This document shows, in pieces, positions 1-12,332 of a stretch of 64,000 bases of DNA. The translations under genes were made by a program, and so were the position numbers. Positions within the stretch are counted from its first letter, which is position 1; the number at the start of each line of letters is the position of its first letter. Where the stretch lies: positions 9,262,527-9,326,526 of the forward strand of contig JBNZDD010013727.1 of the NCBI GenBank assembly GCA_050575255.1, written 5' to 3'. Source of the stretch: Harriotta raleighana. Lineage: Eukaryota. Under the pieces are notes generated by a model that worked only from the letters and a program-made list of their open reading frames with translations, did no database searches and was not told where the DNA came from.

Positions 1-1562
1 TCCCTCCCCCTCTGGCTTACATCCTGCACTGACCTATTCTCCTCACTCACTCTCCTCCACACTACCCTCTCCACTACCCTTCATGCCTTTGCCCCTTTCA
101 ACTCCCGAACTGCCTCCTAATCACGAACCTCACCTTGGTTCACCAGCCACCTCCACTCTCTCAAGGGTCAGGTGCAGGCTGCCGAATGCACCTGACTCAA
201 ATCTGGTCTGATAGTCCATCTGTATATCTGGTTGGACCATATCAAAACTTACCGCTCTGCTCACAAATTGTCCTTCTATCCAAGAAAATCTTGGAGTTGA
301 AGGCAATCCCCAGGCTCTTATTCTTCACAACCAATCAACCTCCTCCGTCCACAGCCCCACACCTCACCTATTCCCCCCTCTAACTCTAGCTGCAAGGAAA
401 TGCTGGATTTCCTGGAGTCCAAAATCGAGGGAAGTCATTCAGCTGCCTCTGAATGAGGCAGAGCAGTTTCTGTGCTGTGAGCACTGCCACTCCTTCCCAT
501 TACGCCGCACACTCCGACCCATACCCATCCTTCCTTCCACACTTTCGAACCTGTCTCCTCTTCTCATCACCACCATATCATCTATGAAGCCCACTAATTG
601 CTCCCTTGACCCTATCCCCAACCCTCTCCTGACTTCCCAGTTCCACCTACTCTACCACCTACTTTCCAACACCATCAATTTCTCCCTACCACCCAGTACT
701 ATTCCCATCCCCCTCAAAACAGCCATCCTGAAGAAACTTTCCCTGGACGCATCCGTGCTCTCCAATTGCCAACCCATTTCTAAGGTCCTCAAAGGAGTTG
801 TTGTTTACCAGCTTTGCTCTTTCGTTTCCTCTCACTTCCTCCATGAGCTCCTTCAATTAGATTTTCATGCTGCTCACTGCACAGAAACTGCTCTGGTCAA
901 AGTCACAAATGACATCCTGTCCATCTGTGACTAGGTCTTCCTCTGCCTCCTCGACCTCTCAACCACGTTTGATACTGTGGGACACTCAATCCTCCTCCTT
1001 TACCTCAATTATCTCACCTCAACCTTCAAGGTTCTGTTCTTGACTGATTCAGACCTATCTCTCACACCGGCTCCATTTTGTCTTTCTCAATGGTTTCTCT
1101 TCCAGCCCCCGCACCGTCTCATGCAGTGTTCCTCAGGAATCTGTCCTCGATCCCCTCCTCGTCAACCTTTACGTGCTCCACCTTAGTGACATCATCCGCA
1201 CACATAGGGTAAATTTCCACATGTACGCAGATGACACCCAACTCTATCACTGCCTTCACCTTCATTCCGCAGTCCTGATATACTGCCAGTCAGATATCAA
1301 ATCCTGAATGACAGATAACTTTCTACAGCTTAACGTCAGCCAGACTGTGGCCCTTCTGATTGGCTCGCATCAGGTACCGGCAGCATCAGTATCCACGAAT
1401 GCACACTCCACTTAACCAAGCCAGTCACGAACCTGGGTGTCTTGTTGACCCTGAACTGTTCTTTTTCCCCCATATCCGTGCCATGACCAGCACCGCCTTC
1501 ATCCACCTCTGCAACATTGTCCATCTCCGCCACTGCCTCACCTCAGACCACTGAAACCCTTA
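1..1562 (+). mobile_element. Degenerate L2-clade LINE ORF2 fragment (RT region), frameshifted
   Basis: ORF 584-934 reads CSLDPIP...LSNCQPISK...HCTETALVKVTNDIL; ATGTACGCAGATGACACCCAACTC (MYADDTQL) lies at about 1221; the segment is colinear with the L2 copy at 60560-61830. Confidence 0.93.
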
Positions 1563-2121
1563 CACAAATGTTTGTTAAAGTGTTTTATGAAAAGAGTCAA
1601 GTCTTAGACAGTTTTGAGTCTTTCACCAAACATTTGTAGGTAGAAATTGAATGAATAATATTAAATAAATAAATGATCCTTGCATTTGATATACAATAAT
1701 GCCTTTTATGTCAGAAGTGGTTTACTATAAAGGGTAGTAATTGTATATTTTATGAGCAAATGGTGTATTCTTTACTACCCTTTGGTCTCTCAGTTTTCAT
1801 CCATGGTTTCACACATGACTTTGGTAGGAGTAAGCAATATACCGGATAAGACAAATGAGTTGGGCAGCTCCATTTCTGTTACTAGGCAACATGAGCTTCA
1901 CCTTATCGCCTGCTGGAAAGAGGTTCTACACAGGAGCCAAATGTGGCTTTGTTCTTCTGTTACATTGGACTGTTAAAGAGACCTACAGCACTTCACACAT
2001 TTATAGTCGTGCACCTCAACCTATGCAGGTCCATATCTGGCTGCTGAGCTTACCATAACTGGACAAGCATGAGAAACACATGGAATGTGTGGAGTATTGC
2101 ACTGGGGGATCGACAAGTACA

Positions 2122-2540
2122 ATAATAAACTCTGAATTTTATATAGCTGCTTTCACATCACAAGGATATCTTAAAGCACTTCATAGAATATACTGTAATG
2201 TGTAGTATCCTTGTATTTTGTAGGCGAACATGCCAGCCAATTTGAGCATAGCAATGTCACACAAAAGACATGAAGTGAATGACCATTTTTATCTGGACGA
2301 TTTGCTGGTCAGAACACTGGGAGAAATTCCCTTCTCTCTTGGAAGAGTTTCATGGGATCTTTAATATCCATCTGAACAAGCAGACCAGATGTTGTTGTAA
2401 TGCCTCATTTGAAGTGCAGCACCTCCAACAATGTAGCATTCCACAGCTTCCAAGCCTGGACTGGTGAGTTGAAAGTCCTGCATATGGCTTCAACCCACAA
2501 CCTTCTGACGCAGAGTGAGAATGCTTCTAACGGAGCCAGT
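2122..2540 (-). mobile_element. Near full-length old Deu-domain SINE (SacSINE1/AmnSINE1-like)
   Basis: Minus strand shows a tRNA-like head (tcagaaggttgtgggttgaagcc), central Deu motifs (gatattaaagatcccatg, tctcccagtgttctgaccag, aaattggctggc) and an L2-like tail. Confidence 0.8.
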
Positions 2541-3794
2541 GATTCTCAAATTAGATCCACCTAAGAGTTTGAGCATCGGCAGCGAGTATTAGACAGGCCT
2601 GAAATTAGGTCTAGCGCTTCCTTAATAAAGCACAGCCATCATATATTACTCCACAAATTAAAGTGACACCCTGTAAGTATTCCAGTGGGAAATAGACATG
2701 TCTTGTGGCACTGAGCTGAGGTAGATTTACCACAGAATACACTTATTTACACATATCAATCTGCAGCTGTAGTACTTTCACTATTTCAACACAAGAGTTG
2801 CAGAGCACAGTTTTTAACCATTTGAAATTGGAAACATATTTAATTGTTATTAATCTTTCCACACAAACTATAATTTTAATGAGAATACTGCATACTGATT
2901 GGAGGTGTTTTGATGGATGCAGCAAAAATTCAAACAATCTGATTTTACTCCTGAATTTATATCCATACTTGAAACAACATTTGGGGTTTCCAGGCAATTA
3001 GCTGAAAGAAAGTGAAATATGTATTCATAACAGGTTACAGATTTTGCACATTTGAATGGGACAGCCAGGTGGAACTAATCCCTGACTGGAATCCCAGGAT
3101 CTTTCCTGTTCTCTTAGTGGGTGAGTATTCATTTACTCTATTTTGTGGTCTAGTGGTCGGCAGACAGTCAATCATTGGCATGCAATTGTGCCTGTGACTG
3201 ACTGTGGGACAAAGATTCTTCCAAGCCCCTGGTGATTTAGTGGTCATGTTATATCAGACTCCTTGAGCTCTACAGGGAAAGATACATTCAACAACAACTT
3301 GGATTTATATAATTCCCTTCACACAGAATACCATCTCAGAGTGCCTAAGAGATGTGGAGCTTGCCATCCATTCACCCAGGTTGTAGCTATATACATCTGG
3401 TTACTGGCCGTTTATAATGGAAGCATCTGTGTACAGATATTGATCAATTTGGATAAATTAAAAATTAATTTGGAAACTGTATAATGTGAATTCTCCTAAA
3501 TTGCGAATAATAAAGCGTTCAAGTACTGAGAATCTCCAGGAGCACACAAGCTACAACCAGAGAAAGCATGAAAAAAGGTTCACTGTAAGGAGCTAAAAAT
3601 TCAGGTAGCTGTTCTGAAGATTTGAATTCAACAATTGGTGGAACTGCCCACTAGGGTACACAAATACAGCCCTTCACTATTGCCCTTTTGTATTTTGCAT
3701 GTTCAGCATCAGTCCAGGCTTATATTTTGTATCATGGTAATAGCAAACATGCAGTAAAATCCCCCTAATTCCATAGTCAAGCCATATATAAAAA

Positions 3795-4010
3795 ATAATC
3801 CTTACCTTCAATGCAGCATCTTTCAAGTCGGAAGGCTATCTCATAGCTTCACAGATTTTAGTATAAACTGAAGTAACTATGTGTTTTTTTGGAAAATGCT
3901 CAGCCAATTGCACACAGCATTGTTCCACAAACAGCCGTGAAACGAATGACCAACTTTATTCAGAGAATTGATGGTCAGTTCACTGGAAGAAACTCCTATC
4001 TATTTTTAAA
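3795..4010 (-). mobile_element. Deu-SINE 3' half, degenerate
   Basis: cagccaattgcacacagcattgttccacaaacagcc matches the other Deu-SINE copies. Confidence 0.6.
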
Positions 4011-4517
4011 TAAAACAATGTTTAAAAAGAACTCATGTAGCTTCCTCTGTGTCACCTTAAATTCGTAATGATATGACTAACTATCCCATTAGTACTTTGA
4101 TGATTTTAGGAAATTCTTTAGCAGTTTGAATTAGTGAGTACCAATTTTTGGTACGAGTAATCAATCATAAAATTCTACCAAAAGTCAGATAACCTTTTTT
4201 GAATTGAGGAGTGTTACCATATCAGATGTATCCAAATAACAACCATTTTAAAATATACCTTATCATCAACTGCTCACGATTCCTAGGTATCATGAAAGAT
4301 AGAGCTACAGAATACTACTGGAGTAATGAAACAACACAGCAAGTAGGATCAAAAGTAGTTTGTAACGATTCTGTCAGTGTGTGAGTCCCATTTGGCAACA
4401 TGAGTCTGCCAGGTAGCATAGCAGAGATGTTTCTGAGCTATTTTTTCACTTGAACATTTGAAAATGATTATTCAAAATAAGAAGCATAAATCTTTAATCA
4501 TGAGATGGCAAGGGTTC

Positions 4518-4897
4518 ATACATAAGAACATAAGAATTAGGAGCAGGAATAGGCCATTCGGCCTCTTGAGCCTGCCCTGCCATTCAATATCATGGCTGAT
4601 CTTCTAATCTAACTCCACCTACCCGCCTTATCCCAATATTCCTTAATCCTTTTATCCACAAGAAATCTATCAATCTCAGTCTTGAATATGTTCAAGGGCT
4701 AAGCATCTGCAGCCCTTTGGGGTAGAGAATTCCATAAATTCACTACCCTCTGAGTGAAAAAGTTTTTCCTCAACTCAGTGCGAAAGGACTGACCCCTAAT
4801 TTTAAGACTGTGACTGCTGGTTATAGTTTCTCCAACCAGGGGAAATAGTCTCCCACTATCTACTCTGTCATGTCCCTTAATAATCTTACAGGTTTCT
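4518..4897 (-). mobile_element. CR1 LINE 3' end
   Basis: ORF 4699-4995 encodes the CR1 ORF2 C-terminus (KIIKGHDRVD..LFPL..FRTELRKNFFTQRVVNLWNSLP); the tail is (cataagaa)n. Confidence 0.93.
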
Positions 4898-5393
4898 TGT
4901 GGCCTCTGTTGTTTCCTTCCCTCCCCCACACATTTTCCAAACCAGAATGCCATGGCCTCTTCAACTCCCATTTCCACTACAGAGAACAAAGTCACTCTTT
5001 ACATACTTGCAAGAAAATCTCAATCATAATTTAAATATTCATGCTGTTTGTTGAAAATCACTGAACACTATTAAAAAAAAATCANCTCTTCAACTCCCAT
5101 TTCCACTACAGAGAACAAAGTCACTCTTTACATACAAGCCCCTTGCAAGAAAATCTCAATCATAATTTAAATAATCATGCTGTTTGTTGAAAATCACTGA
5201 ACACTATTAAAAAAAAATCATTACGTGTTAATTTTGCCTTATTCTTTGAATACTGTAATTACCTGCAAAAGCAAAGTGTATTTCTGGTTTGCAAAGTAGT
5301 GATGTGGTACATGGAAATCTCTTTATAGTGTGGTCAAGTGGGTCCAGCGGCTACAGTATAATCAGAATGCAAAAACATTTCCAGGTCACCAGG

Positions 5394-5541
5394 ATGTCAC
5401 TGACGTTACTTTCTGTGTGTTGTGCACATGCTGCTATGCTCAGGGAGTGATGCCAATTTCACTTGCTTCACAAGTGATGTGAGTGATGCTTCCGGCACAT
5501 AGAACTCCTGCACAGCTCTCAGGAGGTGACATTAGTGACAT
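5394..5541 (+). other. About 148-nt imperfect palindrome / long hairpin
   Basis: atgtcactgacgttactttctg (5394-5415) pairs with caggaggtgacattagtgacat (5520-5541); the apical stem is tcacttg-cttca-caagtga. Confidence 0.75.
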
Positions 5542-5564
5542 TTTACTGCGTATAGCAGAAAATG

Positions 5565-5628
5565 AACAAATTACATTTGTATAGAGCCTTTAACGCCGGG
5601 AGGACATCCTAAGGTGCTGGACAGTTAA
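5565..5628 (-). mobile_element. L2 3' terminal tail fragment
   Basis: Reverse complement of the L2 tail cagc(a/g)c(c/t)tt(a/g)gga(t/c)gtcctcc..gtnaaagg..ctatacaa. Confidence 0.8.
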
Positions 5629-5665
5629 GGATTTGTGGCGTTATCGAGCCTAGATGTGGCGTTAT

Positions 5666-5965
5666 CGCCCTAACTGCCCAACCATCAGTGGCAAGGCTTT
5701 CAACCTTTCTATCCCCACATTATAGAACTCCATCCCGCAGTCCCTCCACCTTGCTTCCTCCATTTTCTCCTTTAAGGCTGGTCTCAAGACCCACCTCTTC
5801 GGCTCCCCCCCTGACTCTTCCTCCTCTCCCACTCTCCTTCCCCTCCCCCTACCCCCGACATCTCTCCCTGCCCCACTCGGGTCCCGACCTGATTGTTCAG
5901 CGCTTTGGGACGTCTTCCCGACGTGAAAGGCATTAAACAAGTGTAATTTTGCTGTTATTTTTGTA
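5666..5965 (+). mobile_element. 5'-truncated L2 3' end
   Basis: Closely matches 61842-62140 and ends cagcgctttgggacgtcttcccgacgtgaaaggc...ttttgctgtt. Confidence 0.9.
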
Positions 5966-6712
5966 GATTGATGAATGTGTGGATGAGGGTTTCGATAGCC
6001 TGAGGTAAAAGCCAGTGAGAAAACCAGACATTGATGTGGAGGTGAAACAAGACATGGAGGTTACGAACTGGCTCGGTGAGGTAGAGGGTGGATCCCTAGA
6101 TGGTAATGCAATCATTGCCTGAGATATGGAGGTGCTGACGGGAGCCAATCAGGAAGGCTCAGTCTTGTTGATGGTCAACTGTAGAAAGTTAGCTCTCAAC
6201 TAGGACTTAATTTCTGACAGATATTCTGGCAGGACAGCAGTGGTCCTGGAGTTGAAGGTGGAGGCAGAGAGGTAGAATTGGGTGTCATCTGCATACATGT
6301 GGAATATCGCCCCATGTCTGTGGAGGATGTCACCAATAGGGAGATTGTAGATATTGAAAAGGAGAGGACCAAGAACAGGGCCCTAAAAAACATGCAAAAC
6401 ACAGTGTGAGAGCTGAAGGAGAGGTAGTTTGTGGAGGTAAAGTGGAGCCGGTGTGAAAGATAGGATCTGAACGAGTCAAGGACAGAAGCATGAACGTTGA
6501 GGTTTAGAGGAGAGGCAGTGGAGGAAGATAGAGTGGTCAATGGTATCAAAGGCAACAGAGAGGTCAAGGAGAATGAGGAGAAAGAGAGCCCTGGTCACAG
6601 ATGGACAAAATGTCATTTGTCACATTGACCAAGGTTTCTTCCTTGTTGTCGGCAGCAAAGAAACCCGATTGGAGGGATTTGTATAGGAATTAGTGGGAAA
6701 GGAAGGAGCGAA
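5966..6712 (-). mobile_element. L2 LINE RT fragment
   Basis: Minus strand reads atgtatgcagatgacacccaattc (MYADDTQF); upstream is an LDLSVAFDTID-like region; frameshifted. Confidence 0.88.
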
Positions 6713-6716
6713 GAAC

Positions 6717-6790
6717 TGTTCTGACAAAAGGTCATCGACTTGAAATGTTAACTCACTTTCCTCTCTCCATAGATGCTGCCTGACTTCTGT
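6717..6790 (+). mobile_element. Penelope-like element terminal repeat fragment with degenerate hammerhead motif
   Basis: GTT-CTGACAA-A-AGGTC-ATC-GACTT-GAAA-TG-TT-AACT followed by cactttcctctctccatagatgctgcctgac, as in the 16.8-kb Penelope end. Confidence 0.75.
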
Positions 6791-7346
6791 TTGTACCCTG
6801 TACGTACAACTGATTGTGTTTGTATTGCTTCTAATTGCAGCATAGAGTACATTTATCCCTGGGTAAAGTCGTTGCAATTGCCTGTCTCTCCTGAATGAAT
6901 GTATCAATTAGGGATGTCGCCAGCAGCTATTTCATCTCTGGACATCAGTAAGTCCTTACAGCAGCAACCCTTATTTGTTGCATATGCAAAATAAGCAGGT
7001 GGCATCATACCCTAAAGTCTTTTTTTTCTTTTGAGTGTATAAGAGGCAGGACTGGGAGGGAAAGCAGGTGCAGTGAAGGCGATACCTTTACTGGGTTCCT
7101 GGTCTGATCCGTGTTGTGTGATTTTTTGAATTGTGAAAGAAAACCTTTTAAGGGTTTGTTGAAGGCTAATTTAGAAACATAAGCTAACACCACCTGGCCA
7201 ATTACCTTTCATATCATACAACCAAATACTGTATGTTCTTTGACGTAACATAAGGGTGCAATAAGAGGTACAGATAACAACATAAGAAGAGTAACATATT
7301 AAATCATAGCAGATGATTTAGTCTATGTTCTTTAATAACTCTATCT

Positions 7347-7421
7347 ACAACAACAACAACAACAAAATTACATTTATAGAGCGCGTTTCACGTCAGGAGG
7401 ACGTCCCAAGGCGCTGGACAG
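7347..7421 (-). mobile_element. L2 3' tail with (CAA)n
   Basis: acaacaacaaaatacatttatagagcgcgtttcacgtcaggaggacgtcccaaggcgctggaca. Confidence 0.85.
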
Positions 7422-7802
7422 ATGATTTACCATCTATTGTCTGTCTTTCGGTCTGTCGATCTGTCCATCTGTCTGTCTGTTGATCTGTCCGTCTGTCTTT
7501 TAAACATCCTGATCAACTGCGTATCGACAACCTTTTTTGTCAGTGCATTCTATATTTTTAAATCCTCTTTATGAATAAATAGTTTCTCATCTCACTTCTA
7601 ACTTTAGCTCTAGTTTTAAAATCCTGCACCCTTGTTTGCTTTCTCTACATGGGAGAAGCAAAGATTTCCCTATTTCGTTTGTCAATTTCCTTCTTTGTTA
7701 TAAACACATCAATCAGACCTCAACCTCCTTAGCGCTAGGTAATAAATCCACAATCTCTTATCCTAACTAAGAGCCAGCCAATCTATTGAATCACCATTGG
7801 AT

Positions 7803-8470
7803 AACAACAACAACAACAATAACAGTGCTTCACAGTGATTGGGGGACAGACCGATAATAGAGGTGGCCGTAAACACGGTCGAAAAAGAACATTTTCAGGT
7901 GAGACTTGAAAAGGGGGAGGGATGGGGCAAGGAGGAGGGAGAGTTTTCCAGAGTTTTGGGGCACAGCGGCTGAAAATGCGACTTCCAATAGAGGGGAGGA
8001 GGGTGTGATGGACAATCAAGAGGCTGGAGCCAGGCAAGTGGGAGGCATCGGGTGGTTGATTAGGGAGTGAGGAAGTCCAGAGAGGTAAGGAGTGAATGGA
8101 TTTGTACATAAGTGTGAGGATCCTGAAGTCAATCCGTTCGGTGATGGGGAGTTAGTGGAGCCTGGTCAGAACTGGTGAGATGTGGGTACGGAGTTTGTGG
8201 GATCAGTATTAGGGTGGCAGAGTTCTGAATCAGCTGAATGTTCTGGACGGTGGAGCTAAGGAGACCGGCGAGAAGTACGTTGGAGTAATCCCAGCGGGGG
8301 TGAGTAACTCATTCATGAGGGTTTGGGCTGCATTTGGGGTAAAGGATGATCGGAGGTGGGCAATGCAGTGAAGGTGGAAGAAGGCGATCCAGGAACTGGA
8401 TGTGGGGGAGGAAGGACAGGGGGTCGAACCGGAAGTCAAGATTGCGCACTGGTTTGGTGAATCTGAGGGA
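7803..8470 (-). mobile_element. L2 LINE 3' region
   Basis: ORFs give IGSRIFSRCAPKLWKTLP, FKSHLKMFFF and FFHLHCIAHLR..AAQTL, which are L2 ORF2 C-terminal motifs; (CAA)n tail at about 7803. Confidence 0.85.
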
Positions 8471-8807
8471 GAGTACAACAGTACTCTAAAGTCAGGAATC
8501 CAAAATGAAACACAAAAGTAAAACATGCCCTGTTTTATAACAAATTCAATTAACCCTCCAAGAAGTGAAATTACCAATATTTCACAACAGATTAAATGTT
8601 ATCATGTTAAAATATGACACCCAAAATTCTATCTAGTATTATCCTATAGTACATTTGTCCTAAAATCTAAGATTTATGCATAATTGTGAAAGATTCTTAA
8701 ATAAACTCTTAATTTGAAAGTTGGGTTTTTTCTAGGAACTGCAGGAAACCATTGTGTTGAAATTGGGGATTCACCACTGAGGCTAATCTTTACTAATAGA
8801 TTGGAAA

Positions 8808-8895
8808 TAACAACAACAACAACAACTTCGATTTATATAGCGCCCTGCATGTCGGACGGCGTCTCAGAGCGCTTCACAATAGCGGATCCCGGATC
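8808..8895 (-). mobile_element. Second L2-type 3' tail variant
   Basis: (CAA)n-atttatatagcgccctgcatgtcggacggcgtctcagagcgcttcaca; related tails at about 3290, 25275, 26545, 44295 and 59900. Confidence 0.65.
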
Positions 8896-8943
8896 TCATA
8901 AAAATACTATATTTCTTAATGTATTCAATCACATTGACTACTA

Positions 8944-9258
8944 ATAATAATATAATATGGATCTTTGCATTTGATATAGCGCCCAGTTGCATCGTTGAAG
9001 GGTCTCAAAGCGCTCCACACAAATTTATTGTGAAGTGCAGCAACAGTTCATGTATAGGAAGCCAATTTCTGCACGGTAATGTGGAATAAGCAGCCAGGAA
9101 GTGACTGATCAATTTTATTTGGGTGGCCAAGACACCAGGAGAAACTCACTTTTCTAATCGAATAGTTGTATGGGATCTTGTAGCTCAGAGCACTCACCTC
9201 GCAATTGAGAGACCTGGATTCAATTACCAGCAGGGCGAAACCTTAGGCAAGTTTCATT
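8944..9258. mobile_element. Deu-SINE 3' half (-) abutting a young tRNA-SINE head (+)
   Basis: 8944-9178 is a minus-strand SINE tail and Deu region; 9179-9258 reads tagctcagagcactcacctcgcaa..gggcgaaaccttaggcaagtttc. Confidence 0.65.
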
Positions 9259-9261
9259 AAA

Positions 9262-9660
9262 TTTTCACCCCAATATTCCAAAACAGCTCTGACTAGTATT
9301 CTATACAATTGTAGCAGCATCATATTGATTTTATATTCTACACCCATCATTATAAAGCCCACTTGATTGTCATTGGATATCAGCTCCTTTTGAGCACATC
9401 ATATGGTCTTGAAAGTAAATTAATCTTGAACAGTTTTTCTGGTCTTTCATTTTAAAGTTGTTGTAAGATTACAAACTCTTCTTCCAGTCCCCCTTCCTTT
9501 CTGACATGGTGTATGTTTTGTTTTTACTAAATTCCTCCCAGGAACAACATGACCCTTTGCCCGGAGGAACAGAACTTATTGTTGGGTTCAGAAATTATCT
9601 TGATCCCTGAATATCTCTGCCACCAGGAAATCAGTTCCTTGTCAGAAAAAAATGTTTCTT
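9262..9660 (-). mobile_element. Very old CR1 RT C-terminal remnant
   Basis: Minus strand ctacaattgtatagaatactagtcagagctgttttggaatat translates LQLYRILVRAVLEY, compared with CR1 LYKTLVRPHLEY. Confidence 0.6.
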
Positions 9661-10087
9661 CCCCAGGTCTTTCTTCCGTCTTCCTTTATCACGATTTGTG
9701 CATTAATACGTAAGGGTACTGTACATTGCACAGTACATTCGTTCTGTGCCAACATTTAAATCAGAGTGTCATTGTAACTTGATTTAATCAGGATTTTGAT
9801 TGGCTTTAGCTATGCTTATGCAACTTGCCTCCAACCAGTTTTGTACAATTTTGAAAACATATGTACAAAACAATACACTTTTGAACGGATTACCTCATTC
9901 TCTTGGAAAAAATACAACAGAATATTTGATTAAATATTTGGAAAATGTGTGATTCAGTGAAATAGTGGGAAATATATGGGTGATAACTACTGTATATTGG
10001 GAAAGATTATCATTTGTACAGTGTGTTGTCATGTTGCATTGCCTAAACATAACTCACTGCTCACTAGTAATATTATTCCTTACAGTT

Positions 10088-10460
10088 AATATAACATTTT
10101 TCACCAAGCAGGAGAACATCTCAAAGTACTTCACATGATAAACTATAAAGTGTATGTGTGCATTTGTAATCAAATGCAGCAGCCAATTTGCACACATCAA
10201 ATTCCCACAAACAACCATTACGTTTTATTTGGGGAATTGTTAACCAAGTCACACCATTCTCTATTTGAACCTGAAAAGGTGTACTGGTCCTTGATTTAAT
10301 ATCTCTTCGAAAGAAGATACAAAAGACAATGCTGCATACCCCAAACTATACATTGGAGTGGCATACTGGATTATATAAATTCAAAGGCCCGACATGGGCT
10401 TGAACCTACAATTTCTCACTCAGAGACAAAAATACCACCAATCAACCCAGGCTGTCACAC
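10088..10460 (-). mobile_element. Old Deu-SINE, degenerate
   Basis: gcagccaatttgcacaca..cccacaaacaacc, and head gggcttgaacctacaatttctcactcagag. Confidence 0.65.
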
Positions 10461-11269
10461 AATTGATATAGGTTGATACATTGATACACTAGTTAGACTG
10501 ATAGAATTAAAATTAACAGGAGCTGGTCAGTTATTTGTTTACATTTCATGCTATCCTTTTTGAGCTGTATGCTTTTTAGTTCTTTGGGGGTTCACGTGTA
10601 AAGCGATAAAGCAGAGAGTGGTGCAGAGAAGCTTTATAGAAGGACATTAAAATTATTTGTAGCCTTGCTGCTGATGATTGACAGAAAAATGATGGGCAAT
10701 TAATTCTAATAACTTACATCATATCAATAGTGACTGTAGTGGAGGGTTGTAACAGTAAGTTATATACGCAGCCAGTTACAGGATTGATCAAGAGTGTTGT
10801 TTGCTCAAACCTGAAGGTTACAAACACTACCTCGCATTTGGGGGCACTTTTGTAACTCTCCTGTCAATTGTTCACTATAACATTCAATATTTGACATTTT
10901 CTTGGAATGACATTTATTACAATATTTATTTTTCGAAAATAAAATTATCACATTTTCTTTATCTAGGCTTACTTTGTGAGAAATTATCACAAAACCTTTT
11001 CCAAATCTCTTTTTAGTTGCATCCATCAATTATGTTTTAATATACACAACTCCAGTGGCTTCCTGTGTGTTGATCATGGCACTATAAGGGTAAATTTTCT
11101 CCTAGGAATTTGGCAAATTGTTGAGTTCAGCCTTAACTTTGAAGCCAGTTTTCTGTAGGTCTTAGAAGAAATGCACAGAAAAATTAATTAAGTCTGGTTT
11201 AAGAAATTACCAAATTCTATACACTACAAAATGCTAACTTAATAGAATAAATCTGGACCTAGGTTGAAT

Positions 11270-11645
11270 TTCACCCCTTATGCTCTCCTCCTACTCCACT
11301 CCAGTGCCTGTACCCTTTATTCAGTGGACACAGGTCTGCTACACATTCCCCAACCCTTCCACATCACTGTTGGTGGCTATGCCTTTAATCACTTCACTCC
11401 AAAGCTCTGGATTGCCCTGTCACAATCCCACTGCCTCAAGCCTAAAATCACACCTTAAAGATCCCTTTTGACTGTATCTATCATCACCTTTCTCCCCTTT
11501 CCGTCTTTGCATGAAAGGCAATATATAATCCCACAAATATATAGCCAACAAAATATTCAGTCAATACAGTATATTTTGTGAAGAGCTTTGACAAGTCTCA
11601 ACAACATGAAAGGATGCTATATCAAAATGCACAGATTATTATTAA
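11270..11645 (+). mobile_element. Degenerate L2 3' end followed by a SINE tail
   Basis: ORF 11264-11458 contains TVGGYAFNHFTPKLWIAL; the SINE tail ends gctatatcaaaatgcacagattattatt. Confidence 0.6.
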
Positions 11646-12332
11646 TAGAAATGCGTTGTTGATGTTATACATCTTAAAGTTTGTAAGTATAGTTTGCTTT
11701 ATACCTGTAATGTGCTTGGCTTGAGAAGCAGAAAATAAAATAATTATCTTTCACTGCTACAAACAATCATATATGAAGAATCAAATCCATTCATACAACT
11801 TATTTCTAATGACCGCCTTAAATTCCATCCCGATTTTACAAACAATACACAACAGTAATGTTATTTCTGCCAGGATAAAACTGAACATTTGTTGTAAGCT
11901 CAAAAACTATTCAAACACTGAAGATAGGATTCCTGGCAGCCTCACTTTATCCAATCACTGGATCGCAAATTTAAAAAAAACATTGTCTCTTGTTGACTCA
12001 ATCTTCCAGTAGAGTTTGTTTGTATACTTTGCAAATAGAGGTTACAAAGAGGTAATGATTAAGAGTCAGCAGTACATTTTGATAACTGGTAAAGGTTTTG
12101 TTTTCAGGCTTGTAGTAAAATGAAAGGAACACTCCTGATCTAATTTAAAAGTAGATACAGTATGTTAAAATCAGGCTTGGGTACTAAATGGAGAATACTG
12201 TATATAGTTATAGAAAATTATGAGCTATTTTTATTTCTTTCTATCTTCATCTTCTATCATTAAGCAATACTGCAATGATATTTTGTATTTTTACACCGGC
12301 CTCACTCAATGATAATCAATATCCACTGTGGT

